This document shows, piece by piece, positions 1-11,243 of a stretch of DNA of 64,000 bases. Source of the stretch: Podarcis gaigeae. Its lineage: Eukaryota. How positions within the stretch are numbered: the first letter of the stretch is position 1; each line of letters begins with the position of its first letter. The stretch is from NCBI GenBank assembly GCA_964106915.2, contig OZ066921.1; one strand, 5' to 3'. The notes beneath the pieces are model-generated. The model had not been told where the DNA came from and searched no databases. It saw only the letters and a list, made by a program, of their open reading frames with translations. A program made the position numbers and the translations under genes.

Positions 1-105
1 GAGGTTGCAGAAGAACCAAAGGAGAGGATCAGCAAGGGTGCTGACTTGCTGGCAATGATGGATGAGCTGGATGCTGAGCATGAATGCAAGTCTCTCCCAT
101 CTTGA
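1..105 (+). CDS. OSCP1: OSCP1 last coding exon (partial; 5' part outside window)
   Basis: Frame 1 reads EVAEEPKERISKGADLLAMMDELDAEHECKSLPS*. It matches the recalled OSCP1 C-terminus (..SKGDDLLAMMDEL). OSCP1 lies just upstream of LSM10 on the same strand in mammals. Confidence 0.85.
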   Translation, partial: EVAEEPKERISKGADLLAMMDELDAEHECKSLPS

Positions 106-521
106 GGAGGAGAGCACCTGGCTGTCAGCCTCCTGTAGAACAGAGCAGTTACCAAGGTCATCCATTTTTGTTGGAACACTAAGGCTGGATGTTGCTTAGA
201 TGTGTTTGACCAATTCTGTCTCTGGCTTTGGTGAAATGGGGTCATGGTCTAATAGCAGCTTCATTCCTGTGCTAATAAGGACCTAGATTGTGCCTCCCAG
301 AGTTAGAAGCTGGAGCATCTGGAAAGAAAGTGGGCATTTATGTCCTGTGTGCATACACAGATTCCCTCTATAGGCTTCCTAATTAAAGGTCCAAACTGTG
401 TTATATCACTAGTTAAGTTTGTGAGTGTGTTATAACACGAGCAGAAAGACCAGTTCCTTCATTTTGTTTATGGGGACCAAGTTTTTAATGGTGTTGCAAC
501 CAAGGTCTTTTTAGTTGCAGC

Positions 522-527
522 AATAAA
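522..527 (+). terminator. Candidate OSCP1 polyadenylation signal
   Basis: AATAAA about 420 nt after the stop, followed by a T-rich tract. Confidence 0.5.
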
Positions 528-993
528 GAGCAGAAACAAGATGTCCTTTTGCCTTTTTTATCACTTACCTTTTAAGGCTCTCTCCACCCCACCTGTCCTG
601 TGATAACCCACCGCCTCACATGCCAAGTCCAGAACTTTACTCATAAGCAAATCCCCCTCTGTTCAGTAGGGTTTCCTCCCAGTAAGTGTGCAGAGGATTG
701 CAAGCTCTGAAAATCCCCGTAGACATACATTGACAGAGGAGAGAAACAACACTCTTACTAGAGTTGCCACTGTTTATTTCCCTATATAGCCTGGTGCCCT
801 CCAGGTGTTGCCAGACTACAACTGGGACTGGTGGAAGTTGTAGTCCAACAGCATCTGAAGGGCACCAGGTTTGTGAAGGCTGCCCTAGATGCCTCTCCCA
901 CTGATGAATTTCTGCTGCTTTTGCAGCTGTTAAAGGCACAGAAGCCCTATTGGCAAAAACCTTGACAATTCTGATTGTGGGACAGCATGGTTT

Positions 994-1800
994 AAGTATT
1001 ATTGTTGGCATCCATCTGTCTCAGGAGACAGTGAAGGAGTGTGCCTTTGGGGGGTGAAGCTAATCTATTGTATGGTTGCAGCACCTGCCGTGGCTGTTGA
1101 GACTAATACAAGAGAGTCATTTTGTTGCAGCTGGGTCAGATGAAGGCATCTGGTGATGCTGGTGCAGATACACTACGGCGTTTCTTCTCTCTACACTCTT
1201 CCCAGTGGTCTTTCCTCCTCTGGTCACTGCTATGGATACACAACCTGACTGTCTATCTCCAGGCACTCCAGTGTTCTGCAAGGTATTCCCACATAGTGGG
1301 GTTAATGCTGCCAGCCTTCATGTCACGTTTGCAGACATCTTTTGTAACACAGAGTTGGTTGGCCAACAGGCCTGGTGCCTGAAGCCATTTTCCCGTAGAG
1401 CACGTCCCTGATGATACCCAAAAGCTTCCTGTCACAGCACACATGTAAGGCGTTGAGGAGTCACTCCTGACAATTCTAAGTTGCCCATGACTCACTTCCA
1501 TAAGCAGCTTGCTCAACACACAAGTATGGTAGACCTTTATCTTGGTATGGGATGTTAGCATCACATTGTCGTAGCTGTGTTGCCAATATGCTTGTCTAGC
1601 TCAGCACTGATGGAGGCTGCTGGTTATGGTGAAATCCGGATAGACAAAACAGTCTACCATCTCAAGCATGTGATCACCAGTGCTAATGCATGGAGTGCTG
1701 GCGACGTCCTGACCCAGGATGTTCGTCATCAGGCTGATGGAACTGCCTGCAGGTTTGGTAAAATGGTTGATGAGTCTCTGTGGAGCTGATGCATTCATAT
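994..1800 (-). mobile_element. Degraded RTE-clade LINE, 3' portion
   Basis: Broken minus-strand frames give RTE-like RT/C-terminal peptides: LEMVDCFVY..TI, TKIKVYHTCVLSKLL, KDVCKRDMKAGSINPTMWEYLAEHWSAWR. Boundaries approximate. Confidence 0.7.
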
Positions 1801-1839
1801 TAAGTGAGTTTGCATAGGACTCCCAAATAGATTCTAACT

Positions 1840-1993
1840 AAGGTAAAGGTACATCTGACTGTTAGGTCCAGTCGCGCACAACTCAGGGGTTGCGTGCTCA
1901 TCTTGCTCTATAGGCTAAGGGAGCCGGTGTTTGCCCGCAGACAGCTTCCGGGTCATGTGGCCAGCATGACTAAGCCGCTTCTGGTGAACTAGA
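1840..1993 (-). mobile_element. Sauria SINE, truncated
   Basis: AAGGTAAAGG tail plus ggtccagtcg..ggggttgc..cttccgggtcatgtggccagcatgactaagccgcttctgg, matching the full copies at 30424, 46636 and 50645. Confidence 0.85.
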
Positions 1994-2279
1994 TCTAGCC
2001 TATTTGAACAGAACAAAAGCTGCTTATTAGAGAAGATAGTTCTACTTTTATTATAAGCTAATTATACTGTAAATCCATTACTACCATTAAAGAATAGTGT
2101 ATAAAAACTATATGTGTTTATTTAAAACATTTTAAATTTGAAAAATGCAGCATAACACACAGCTCGTCATATGTAGTTAACTAAATATTATCCATGTTTA
2201 CCGGGCAGGAAGCATTACCCTGCTTAACAAGGGTTGCTCCAAAATAATGAATTGCAGCCTGATGTTACTGTGATTCGTA

Positions 2280-2800
2280 AAATCACACCCGGATACCGGC
2301 AATTCTGAGCATGCTTAGTTGAGAGTTAAGGCGGCTTTGAGCTGGAGCAAAGGAGCCCATCGACACCGCCGAAACTACAACCTCTCCAGCTTTTAGGTGG
2401 CTTCTTCGCGTCACTTTCAGGGCGGAAAGCGAATCTCCGAGCGCACCAGCTACGGGCGGAAGCAACAGAGCAATCACAAGCCAGCTTTCTCCTCCCCCAC
2501 TTCGAGCCCCGCCTTTTCTTCCATTCTAGCCAATGGGGCTGCTCCACTTTCTTCCGGTTGGGCTTAGAACCGGCGAATGAGGAGCGAAGTCTCTTTGATT
2601 AAGCCCCCTATCGATTGCGCACGCGTGCTTCTGCTTTTGCGCTGGGCGAGGAGGCGGGAGATCCAAGACAGGTAGGCGAGCGCGCCTCTTCTGAACGGGA
2701 CCCGATCCGGGTCAGGAGCCGCCACAAGCTGCCCTTTCCCCTTCCCTGACTTTGGCAGCGGAGCAAAAGGCCGGAGAGCGAGACAGAGCGAGAGTTAGGC
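2280..2800 (+). promoter_or_regulatory. LSM10: LSM10 CpG promoter and non-coding exon 1 (ends 2671)
   Basis: CpG-rich. CCAAT at 2531, ETS-like CTTCCGG at 2552, NRF1-like TGCGCACGCG at 2616, donor CAG|GTAGGC at 2671/2672. Confidence 0.7.
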
Positions 2801-2822
2801 AGCCAGGAGCAGGCCTAGGGGG

Positions 2823-2966
2823 CATGGGCGTAACCAGGATTTTTGTTGGGGTGGGGGGTCAGGCCATTTGTTAGCTAACGGAGGTTCTGCCCCCCCCCCA
2901 TGTATTTTCATTTATTTTTATTGAAGGGGGCAGCTGCCCCTAACTGCCCCCCTTGGCTACACCAAT
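2823..2966. mobile_element. Degenerate hAT-type MITE
   Basis: Ends catgggcgtaaccagg..ccttggctacacca resemble the cagtggcgtagc-type TIRs of the element at 56222. Confidence 0.5.
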
Positions 2967-3017
2967 GCCAGGCAGCTCATGCTGGGGACCCCTATCATGA
3001 GTCCCTGGGTCTGCTTC

Positions 3018-3020
<3 letters not shown>

Positions 3021-3050
<30 letters not shown>
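3021..3050. repeat. (CCTG)n microsatellite
   Basis: Direct reading. Confidence 0.95.
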
Positions 3051-3167
3051 CTTGCTTTCTGCGCCCACAGCAGGCCCCATGAGTGGATCGGGCCCTCTTC
3101 CCCACTAGAAGACCACCTCCTTGGCGAGAGGGACTCTTTGGGCCACTTGGAAGTTGTTTTACAGAAG

Positions 3168-3450
3168 AACATCAGAACAGCCCGGCTTCAGCTAGATTGA
3201 GACACAGGGGGCCAATCTAGCCCAGTGTCCTCATCTCACAGTGACCAAACAGATACCCCCAATGGGAAAACCCCAGAGCAGGACCGGAGGGCAATAGCAG
3301 CACACACACCCTCCTGCTGTTTCCAGCAGCTGGCGTTAAGAAACACTTCTGCCTCAGGCTGTGGAGGCAGAGCCTGGTCTCCATCATGGCTAAGAAGCAT
3401 CAACAGCCTTCTCTGTGGATTTGCCCAATCCTTTTTCTTAAAGGCTTCCA
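3168..3450 (-). mobile_element. CR1 LINE 3' fragment
   Basis: Reverse-complement match to the CR1-type tails at 36921 and 47006. Confidence 0.6.
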
Positions 3451-3656
3451 AGTTTGAGGGTTCTTCTCTGTGTATGTATTTGCCCACAGCACTTATGGGT
3501 CACAGCTGTGACTGTACTCATTGGCTAAAAACAGATAGGCAGGAATAGGCTCATATCACAAAGCAATTGCTTCAAATAGCAATTGCTTCAAATGCCCACA
3601 CATTTTGCTTCCACACTTTCCTTCTAAGTGTTAAATTCAATTTAAAAAACACACAG

Positions 3657-3683
3657 AAAGAAAGAAAGAAAGAAAGAAAGAAA
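3657..3683. repeat. (AAAG)n microsatellite
   Basis: Direct reading. Confidence 0.95.
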
Positions 3684-4304
3684 GCTAGAAAGCTCAAGAG
3701 TCTGGACCCAGTATAACAGTGTTCCTCTCTCAGTGGCCCTGGCACTAGGTCTGCCATTTATTTATTTTCATTTATGCACTAAACCTACTAGTTGCTTGTC
3801 ACCAAACAGGTCTTGCAGCAACTTACACTGAAGCACACACAGTATACATAGATACATTATGGGAAAGAGAAGAAATTCAGCGTTCTCGCTATTTTACTGC
3901 TGCTCCTTCCAAGTGAGAATGTTTGGTTGCTGAGCAGTTGGCCTCTGGGCATGTGCAGATTCTTTGGGGCAGATGATAGATCATGGGCTCAGCCCCTTTT
4001 GATTCTTACTGCCTGGCTGCTAAGGAGAGGCCAACCAGCACACACAGTTCTGTACTGAAGCTTGCTTAGGTGGCTTTAGAGATCCTGCAGAGCCTCAGTT
4101 TGGGTTTTGAGGTTTCACCTGTGTGCTCTCCAAGCAAAACGAACAAGAACTGTGATTTTAAAATCATGAGCTGAATTCCGTGGTTGGCACAGAACAAGCA
4201 TGGACCCGTTCTCTATATAGCACGAGAAAGCGATTAATGGGGCTAACTCACTGAACTCTCGTCTTCCTCCTATTTCTGTTCCCGCCATCAGGTGGTGCCA
4301 AGCC

Positions 4305-4676
4305 ATGGAGATCAGCCACTCCGTGAAGGAGCGCACCATCTCGGAGAACAGCCTTGTCATCCTGCTGCAGGGCCTCCACGGACACGTCACCACTGTGGAG
4401 CTGCGGGACGAGAGCATGGCTGTGGGCCGCATCACCAATGTTGACGCCTTCATGAACATCCGCCTGGCCGAGGCGACGTTCACTGACCGGTGTGGCCATT
4501 CCACCTGGCTGGATGATCTGTTTGTAACGGGAAGGAACGTCCGCTACGTCCACATCCCTGACGACATGGACATCACGACCACCATTGAGAAACAGCTGCA
4601 GCTCATTCACAGAGTTCGCACTTTTGGTGGCCGAGACAGGGGCAGGAAGGAGTTCCTTAAGCAGAGCTACAAATGA
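4305..4676 (+). CDS. LSM10: U7 snRNA-associated Sm-like protein LSm10, 123 aa, single coding exon
   Basis: [64 protein letters not shown] (Sm fold). Kozak gccATGG; acceptor AG at 4290-4291; AATAAA at 4993. Confidence 0.98.
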   Translation: MEISHSVKERTISENSLVILLQGLHGHVTTVELRDESMAVGRITNVDAFMNIRLAEATFTDRCGHSTWLDDLFVTGRNVRYVHIPDDMDITTTIEKQLQLIHRVRTFGGRDRGRKEFLKQSYK

Positions 4677-5201
4677 GCAGGCTAGTGCCCTGAATTTGCC
4701 ATGTGCCCCAAACTCAGCCTGACATTGCTTGTACTTCTGATGAAGAAGCACATTTTTCTGGACTGAGATTAGAAGTGACCTGTAGACAACCCTTCCTGAT
4801 TTTTCTAGTTGCTTTACCTGGCTGCACTTCCTGAGTTCAAGAGTTCACCAAACTTTTCTATAGAAAGGGGAAGAGTGGGCATTAGGTCTCTTTGTAAGAA
4901 TAAGTTTGAATACAACTGACCTTAGCAACAAATAGGAGTCTTGCTTACTGTGGACTAATACTCTCTTCACCCTCTTCAGCCTCTTTTTTCCAAATAAATT
5001 GTTTACAAAATTTTAAGATCCACTTTCCTTTTACAAACTGTTTCTCACCAGACCAACCAGCAGCTTTTTGTACATTGAAAATCCTCATATCATCCCTCTT
5101 TAACAAGGATTTGCAGGCTGAGAAAAGTAGCAGCTGAGCCAAGGTTAAATTACAAATGAGAGAGCACTCAGTCCTTGTACAGAGTTTGACTCTTTATTTA
5201 C

Positions 5202-5202
<1 letters not shown>

Positions 5203-5232
<30 letters not shown>

Positions 5233-5250
5233 CATACATACATACATACA
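5203..5250. repeat. (TACA)n microsatellite at a SINE tail
   Basis: Direct reading. Confidence 0.95.
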
Positions 5251-5442
5251 TTTATATCTCACCTTTCCTCCAAGGAGCACAAGGTGGCATATACAGTTCT
5301 CTTCCCCCATTTCATCCCCACAACAGCCCTGTGAGGTAGGTTAGGCTAAATAAGTGACTGGCCCAATGTCATGGCTGAGTGAGGATTTGCACCCTGGTCC
5401 CCCAGGTCTTAGCCCAACACTAATTGCTACACCACACTGGCT
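5251..5442 (-). mobile_element. tRNA-derived CORE/MIR-like SINE
   Basis: atccccacaacagccctgtgaggtaggttaggct..gactggccca..ggatttgcaccctgg. Related copies at about 7398-7622, 8190-8500, 28960-29115 and 36455-36560. Confidence 0.7.
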
Positions 5443-6239
5443 CTAGAACCTCAATAATGCAATAGGAACATGTAGTAGTAGTATCAGGAACTTGGTCAAT
5501 CTTGCCTAGCCTTTTCCACCCTGGTGCCCTCCAGAGGCTGGACTACACTTCACATCATCCCTGGCTATTGCTTATGCTGGGTGGGACTAATGGGAGTTGT
5601 AGGAGTCTGATTTAGCCCAGTGCTGACTAATGGTGGTGGTTTTCCAAAGCCATGGGCAGAGAAAGCTTTCTTAGTTCTGCTGCATTACATCTTTCCAGTA
5701 GGAGATGCCCAAGGATTGCAAAGCATAAACCTGTCATTAAGCCCTTCTCTCACTCATCTTCTTGTTTGATCTGAAGTTGCATCTGACAGAGTGCATTCAG
5801 TTCATAATACAGCTGCTGGGGCATCGTCTCTTTGTGCCAGAAGCACATGTGTAGACTGTAATGCCTTCTCTTCTGAAAATAATGGAGGAGGGCAGCTGCA
5901 GCCTTACTAACATCCCATAACTGTTGCTCAGTTCCCCCTTGCGTTTCACCCATGGGCGTTACTTAGTTGAACTGGCAGCCCCACTTCAAAGTGGGCAGCA
6001 GGTACTATGAGGCAGGTTGCTGCTAACTATGGCTCTTTTGTTATGAGAGAATGGTTTGCACCATAGATAAGCAATGTTTGGGGATTGTCCTGGCTCTCAG
6101 CTGGATGAGGAACTAGAACTCTCAACACCATTTCTTCCAAAGGTTTTAATGCATAAGTCAGTTTGGTACAGAAGTCAGGTTCCAAGGCGCAGAGTAAGCA
6201 GGTACATCAGAGGCTATGTGACCAGTAGTGCTAAATGTC

Positions 6240-6770
6240 TGGTTTCTAAATGTCGGTCTGTAACATGGCGGGACAACTAACATCACCCCTCTGGATTTCA
6301 GTGGTCAAGCTGGAATATAACAGTTCAGGCTTCAGGTATTTTAGGCCCAAGTTGCTCAGGGCTTTGTATATCAATGCCAGAGCAATGTCAAAGAGCAGTC
6401 CCCCACCCAGTGTTATTGTCTGGACACAACCAAGCAAGTATGAGTGGAACCACTAATATAGTGTCTTCATCACCCATCCCACTCAGGTGATCCAGTAGGT
6501 TACCATGGCCAATGCTATCTAAAGCTGCTGAGATACCAAGCAATTGTAACAGGGCCATGTATCACCATATTTCTCCCATTACAGGTCATCCATCAAGGTG
6601 ACCAAGGCCAATTCATTCCCAAAACCAGGCCTAAACCTGGATCCTGATAATCAGTGTCATCCACAAACACTTGCAGTTCTGCAGCTTCTCCACCATCTTC
6701 CCCACAAAAGAGGTACTGTATTGGCAACAGGCCACCTGTTATTTCCCACCATTAAGTTCAGCTACTCTCT
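6240..6770 (-). mobile_element. Degraded L2-like LINE fragment
   Basis: Minus-strand peptide LIYKALSNLGLKYLK resembles the L2 ORF2 C-terminus. Boundaries approximate. Confidence 0.5.
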
Positions 6771-7397
6771 AGGCAGATGAAAGAGCAGCATCCCCTCCTT
6801 CCTCCAGCAGGCATTGAAAGCTGCTCTTCCTGCCAAGTCTGCTGACTTGCCTAGCACATGTTGAGGGGTAACTGGCACAGGAAAGGAGCTGGACTTAAAT
6901 GCCTTTGGGCTGATGATTCAGAGCTTTCCAGGGCCACTGAGGACACAGAGGACAGCCTGCCAGTCTGCACCAGCTTTGCTTTTCTTCCCAAAATCTACAG
7001 CCCAAAAGAGTTAATGTTTGTGTGGATCCATCTTAATGTGTGCTGAATATTGCAGCAATGTGGGCCCCGCAGATACCCTTTCACCCCATCGCATGCACGT
7101 GACTCATCTGTACTGCAGGAAATGTTAACACATCCCCTTCACCTGATGGAGCAAGTTTACAAAGTGAATCAAAGGCTGTGCAGAGGCTGCCTGGCACATG
7201 TTGGTGTGTCTGTCTGGTAACAAAAAAGTGGCATCTTGGCCACATCACATTAAGGAGCCAATGAGGGCCATGGAATTCTGTGTGCTCCATATTTGCTATG
7301 CTAACTAGTTTGGATATGCTGAACCATCTCCCGACTTTTTGCTTGCAGCTACATATATTTTGTGGGTCTCTACTCAGACTGCACACGTGGCATAGGT

Positions 7398-7622
7398 TTT
7401 TATTTATTGCATTTATATTGCACCTTTTCCTCTATGGAACTCAAGGTGCTTACATGATTCTCCCTTTCCTCATTTAATCCCTACAACAACCCTGTGAGGT
7501 AGGTTAGGTTGAGAGTAAGTGACTGGCCCAAGGTCACCCAGTGAGCTTCATGAACAAGTGGGGATTCAAACCCTGGTTTCTCAGGTCCTAGTCCAACGCT
7601 AACCAGCGCACCACCACTGGCT
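7398..7622 (-). mobile_element. CORE/MIR-like SINE
   Basis: Same core as 5251-5442; B-box-like gggattcaaaccc. Confidence 0.7.
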
Positions 7623-8189
7623 CATAATTCAGGATTCTTGGCTGCTGCAACAACTTCTAGAAAAAGTGGTTTCTATCCACTTCAGTTAGCACTAGACAAA
7701 GCGTGGGAATAGCCTGGCTTTATTTCCAAACGGTGCTGAGCACCCCTGCCAATGATAGCAGGAGGGAGTTGCACACCCAGAACACAGAGCTGTTTGCAGA
7801 AAGAGTCTCCAAATCTGGCAGAGGGCTCAAGTCAGGTTTGGTGACTGCAGCCCCACATCCCTTAATGCCGGCAGTACTAAGGAAGGCTAACACTCTCTTG
7901 TTACCTCCCTGGAGTCTGTTGTTTGCACAAGTGGCAGTTGAAGCTCCCATAGAGTGAGTCATGCCTGCATGATGCAAGTGCGCAACTGAGAGAGAGAAAG
8001 CGAGCTGCTGTTTGTCCTTCTCCCTCCTGCCCCCACCACCCAAGCATGACTCACCAGTTACAAAAGTGGCTGAGGGTTGCTCTGGGTTACTTGCTTTTCA
8101 CTTTTTTTAAAAAAAAAAAAAACTCTAGTTAAGAGATATGGCAATTTGAGGCTGTCAGATAAGGAGCAAGCGAAGGCCCCATCAATATA

Positions 8190-8505
8190 TATTTTTTACT
8201 GCATTTAGAGCCCACCTTTTTTTCTCCAAGGAGCTGAAGGTGGTGTACAGACATGGTTCTCCTCATTTAATCCCCACAACAACCCTGTGAGGTAGGTGAG
8301 GCCGAGAGGTAGTGCTTTGCTCAAGGTCACACAATAAGCTTCATGGCTAAGTGGGGATTTGAACCCTGATCTACCAGGGTGTTGTACCAGACTAGGATCA
8401 GGGAGACCAGGGTTCAAATCCCTACTCGGCCATGAAACATGTGCGCCGCCTTGAGCGTCTTAGAGGAAAAGGTGGGAAGGGAAGAGTTATAAAAATAAAT
8501 AAATA
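8190..8505. mobile_element. CORE/MIR-like SINE pieces in opposite orientations
   Basis: Minus copy (cacaacaaccctgtgaggtagg..ggatttgaaccc) followed by a plus fragment (gggttcaaatccctactcggccatgaa..aaataaataaat). Confidence 0.6.
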
Positions 8506-8679
8506 ATAAAGCCCCTTTCCCCCTAGGCCAGTTCCAGGAGCAGATCTTGTGGAAACGGCCAGGCCAGGTTTCTCATGTGTTTTGCTTTTTTTAATAAACG
8601 GAATAATTAATTATATTTAAACACTTGCTCCGAGAAAGAAGTAATACAGAAAGATTAATACAGTCAACCTATGGTATTT

Positions 8680-9800
8680 AAAGTGACGTCATTCGGAGCC
8701 TGCCAATCATACTCTGCGCAGGTCTTTCATTCGCCCTCGAGTAGGTGAGGGGCAGGGCTGATTTCGCACCGAAGGGAGGGGTGCGGGACTCTCGAGTTCA
8801 CCAATCCTGCACTGGCACTCCCTGCCTTCCTCTCCCCCCTTCCTCTCTTCCGCCCGGCCTTGCTTCTGTCGGGGCCATCTTTGACACAGGCCGAGGCTCC
8901 GGGGAAGAAGATGGCGGCGGCGGCTGCCTGCGGGGGCGTGGCCGGCGTTGGCGATGACGGCAGCGTCGCGTCACGTCCGTTGTCAGGTGGCGGAGTCGAA
9001 GAGCCCGAGTTGGCTGGGACAGGCGAGAAGCGGACGGTGGCCGGCGGGGCCGGGCCCGGAGGCGGCGGCGATGGGTAAGAAGGGGCAGGCCGCCCCCTGC
9101 CCGCCCACCTACCCCCGCCGCGGTGCGCGCGAAACCTTCTCTTTCCCGGGGCGGGGGTGGAGAAGGGTAGGTAGGGCTGGAATGGAGTCTCCTGGCAGAG
9201 GGCATGGCTGGCCGGCTGACCAGCTGGTGTCCTGAGCAGGAGCCCTTCCCGCAGCCTCTCCTCCTCCCGTAAAGCAGCAGCTTTGGCTCTTATGAATGGG
9301 TCAGCCGCGGCAGCCCAGCAGGGAATGGAATGGAGTCTCCTGGCAGAGGGTCTGGCTGGCAAATCAACGTCCTCCCTCCCGCGGCGGCGGCAGCTTCGCC
9401 TCTCGTTCAAGGGCCAGCCGCCGCAGCCCAGCCCTCTACGTACTCCTTGGACTCCCGTTGCAGTTGGTGCACAGGCTTTCTTGGGAGTAAGCCTCGCTGA
9501 GCTCCACGGGGTGGCCTTCCCAGGAAGGCTGCTTAGGGCACGTAGGACTGCAGGCGGCGCGGAGCCGAGGGGGTTAGTAGACCTGGCATACGGTGTTTGG
9601 GGCGGCGGAGAGAGGGTCGGGGAGGGGGGACCAACGTGCCTCTTTGCAAGCTTTTTGGTCGGTAAGCCACCACGCCCCTCCTTTCCCATCTCCGGCCTCT
9701 CACTGGGATACGGGTTTGTGGAGATAACCCCCTGAACACCTCCGTTGCGGAAATCAGTCGCTCATCACCGGCATAGAGTCCCCCCCGCCCCCAAAAAGAA
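8680..9800 (+). promoter_or_regulatory. STK40: STK40 CpG island promoter and exon 1 (ends 9074)
   Basis: Dense CpG. CRE TGACGTCA 8684-8691; CCAAT at 8703 and 8801; YY1-type GCCATCTT at 8874 and AAGATGGCGGC at 8908; donor TGG|GTAAGA at 9074/9075. Confidence 0.85.
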
Positions 9801-11156
9801 ACGGTTGAAGACTCCCCCTCTGTTCCTTGCAGGGCGAGGACAGAGTTGCTTTGGCCATGGCTGCTTCTCACCCTCAGGTTTGCCCTCGTCTGCAGTCTGG
9901 CCTACTCCTTCCTTTCAGAAATAGCCCCCCCCGCTCACTGATGTTGCCCTCTACTTTGATTCTTTCATCTTGTTCTCTTGCATTTCTCTTCATACACACC
10001 CTGTTGGCCGCTCTGGTCTCATGTCCATTTAATGCTGTTGCAATCAGAAAAACATGGGGGGGGCTGACGTTCAATCCCTCTTTTCTCTTTCCCTGCCTGC
10101 CTCCAGCTGAGACTCCTTCCTTTCCCTTCCGTGACCACGCCTCCACCCACCGGTACCCCCCCCTACCGGTCAGTTGCTTTGTTTCCGGCATGTGTGCTGC
10201 TTCAGCTCCTCTACCTATCCCCTTCCAGGGCTGCTGCAGCATGCCATAATTCCCCACACTGCCATCCCTTCCTGCTCAAGAGATCTGTGCTTGGCTTTGC
10301 TCATTTCTCTGAATGGGGATGATAGATCAAGGAAAGGCTGCAATCCATGAGGGCTTTCCTGTGGTGGTGCTGAGTGCAGGGCAGGAAGGAAGGTGAGAGG
10401 AAGGACTTTTGGCCCAGGAGAGGCTGGGAGCCCACATGCAGTCAGAAGAGCACTTTTTCAGGGGATTGAAGGAGGGATGAAAACAATCCTTGTTCGGGAA
10501 TGACAGGTGGGCTCCTTTGCAGAGCTAAGAGAAATATGAGGGCTCAGCCTTCACCTTGCAAGTAACAGGCAACTCGTTTTATGCATAAAAGTTATATCAT
10601 GAGAATTTGCTTTTTGCCCTCTGAGAAAGTGTGGTCCCACAGATCAGGATAGTCTTTGTGGTACCCTCGGGATGCTATTGAATTACAGCTCCCATCAGCC
10701 CCACTCAATGTGGTCAGTGTTCAGGGACCACTATCATTGGATGTGGTGGGAACCTGGCTATGCCCAGCTCTGCCATGGCAAACCATTATCTCTGCTTATT
10801 AGTGAGCATGGCTACTGCGCTGTAGAGTTTTTGAAGCACTTCACCATCATTATCTAAACATGATTAGCTACAGCTACTATCTCAATGTGGCTAATGTGGG
10901 AGCTGAGTCTGAAGGGAAAAAAGATTGGCAGTGGCCATTGTAGGAGAAGAGATATGGGGGGGGGGAGAGGGAGCTTCCACATTTCTGGCTCTTAGCCACT
11001 ATACTTGCTCCTCTCAAATGAGAATAATGGCACTTGTGTTCCATGAAGCAGAAAAAGATCGTGCAGCACTTTTGCACCTTAACAGCTCCTTGCTTTCTGC
11101 TGTGGCTCCACTTGACAGCTGTGGGGGAAGTTCACAGGTCTGCCACTGGCTAAAAT

Positions 11157-11243
11157 CTGAAGAAGTGTGCATGCACACGAAAGCTCATACCAAGAACTGA
11201 CTTAGTTGGTCTTTAAGGTGCTACTGGAAGGAATTTTTTTTGT
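11157..11243 (+). mobile_element. 87-bp Penelope-like pLTR fragment with a hammerhead ribozyme core
   Basis: CTGAAGA-AGTGTGCATGCACAC-GAAAGCTCATAC. Flanked by a 12-bp duplication ACTGGCTAAAAT (11145-11156 and 11244-11255). Same family as 63588-63990. Confidence 0.75.

Noticed and set aside
2283-2547. Minus-strand ORFs suggesting a gene divergent from LSM10
   Set aside because: No known protein similarity or convincing splice structure, and little room before the OSCP1 3' end.
3562-3593. Short tandem duplications (16 bp here, about 22 bp near 58349-58388)
   Set aside because: Two-copy slippage events; not CRISPR-like or otherwise structured arrays.
4115-4751. Antisense ORFs over LSM10, and similar ones over STK40 and EVA1B exons
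   Set aside because: Shadow frames of GC3-rich coding sequence.
8727-9735. Long ORFs (320 aa minus, 150 aa plus) over the STK40 CpG island
   Set aside because: Pro/Ala/Arg/Gly-rich low-complexity products expected in GC-rich, stop-poor DNA; no recognisable domain.
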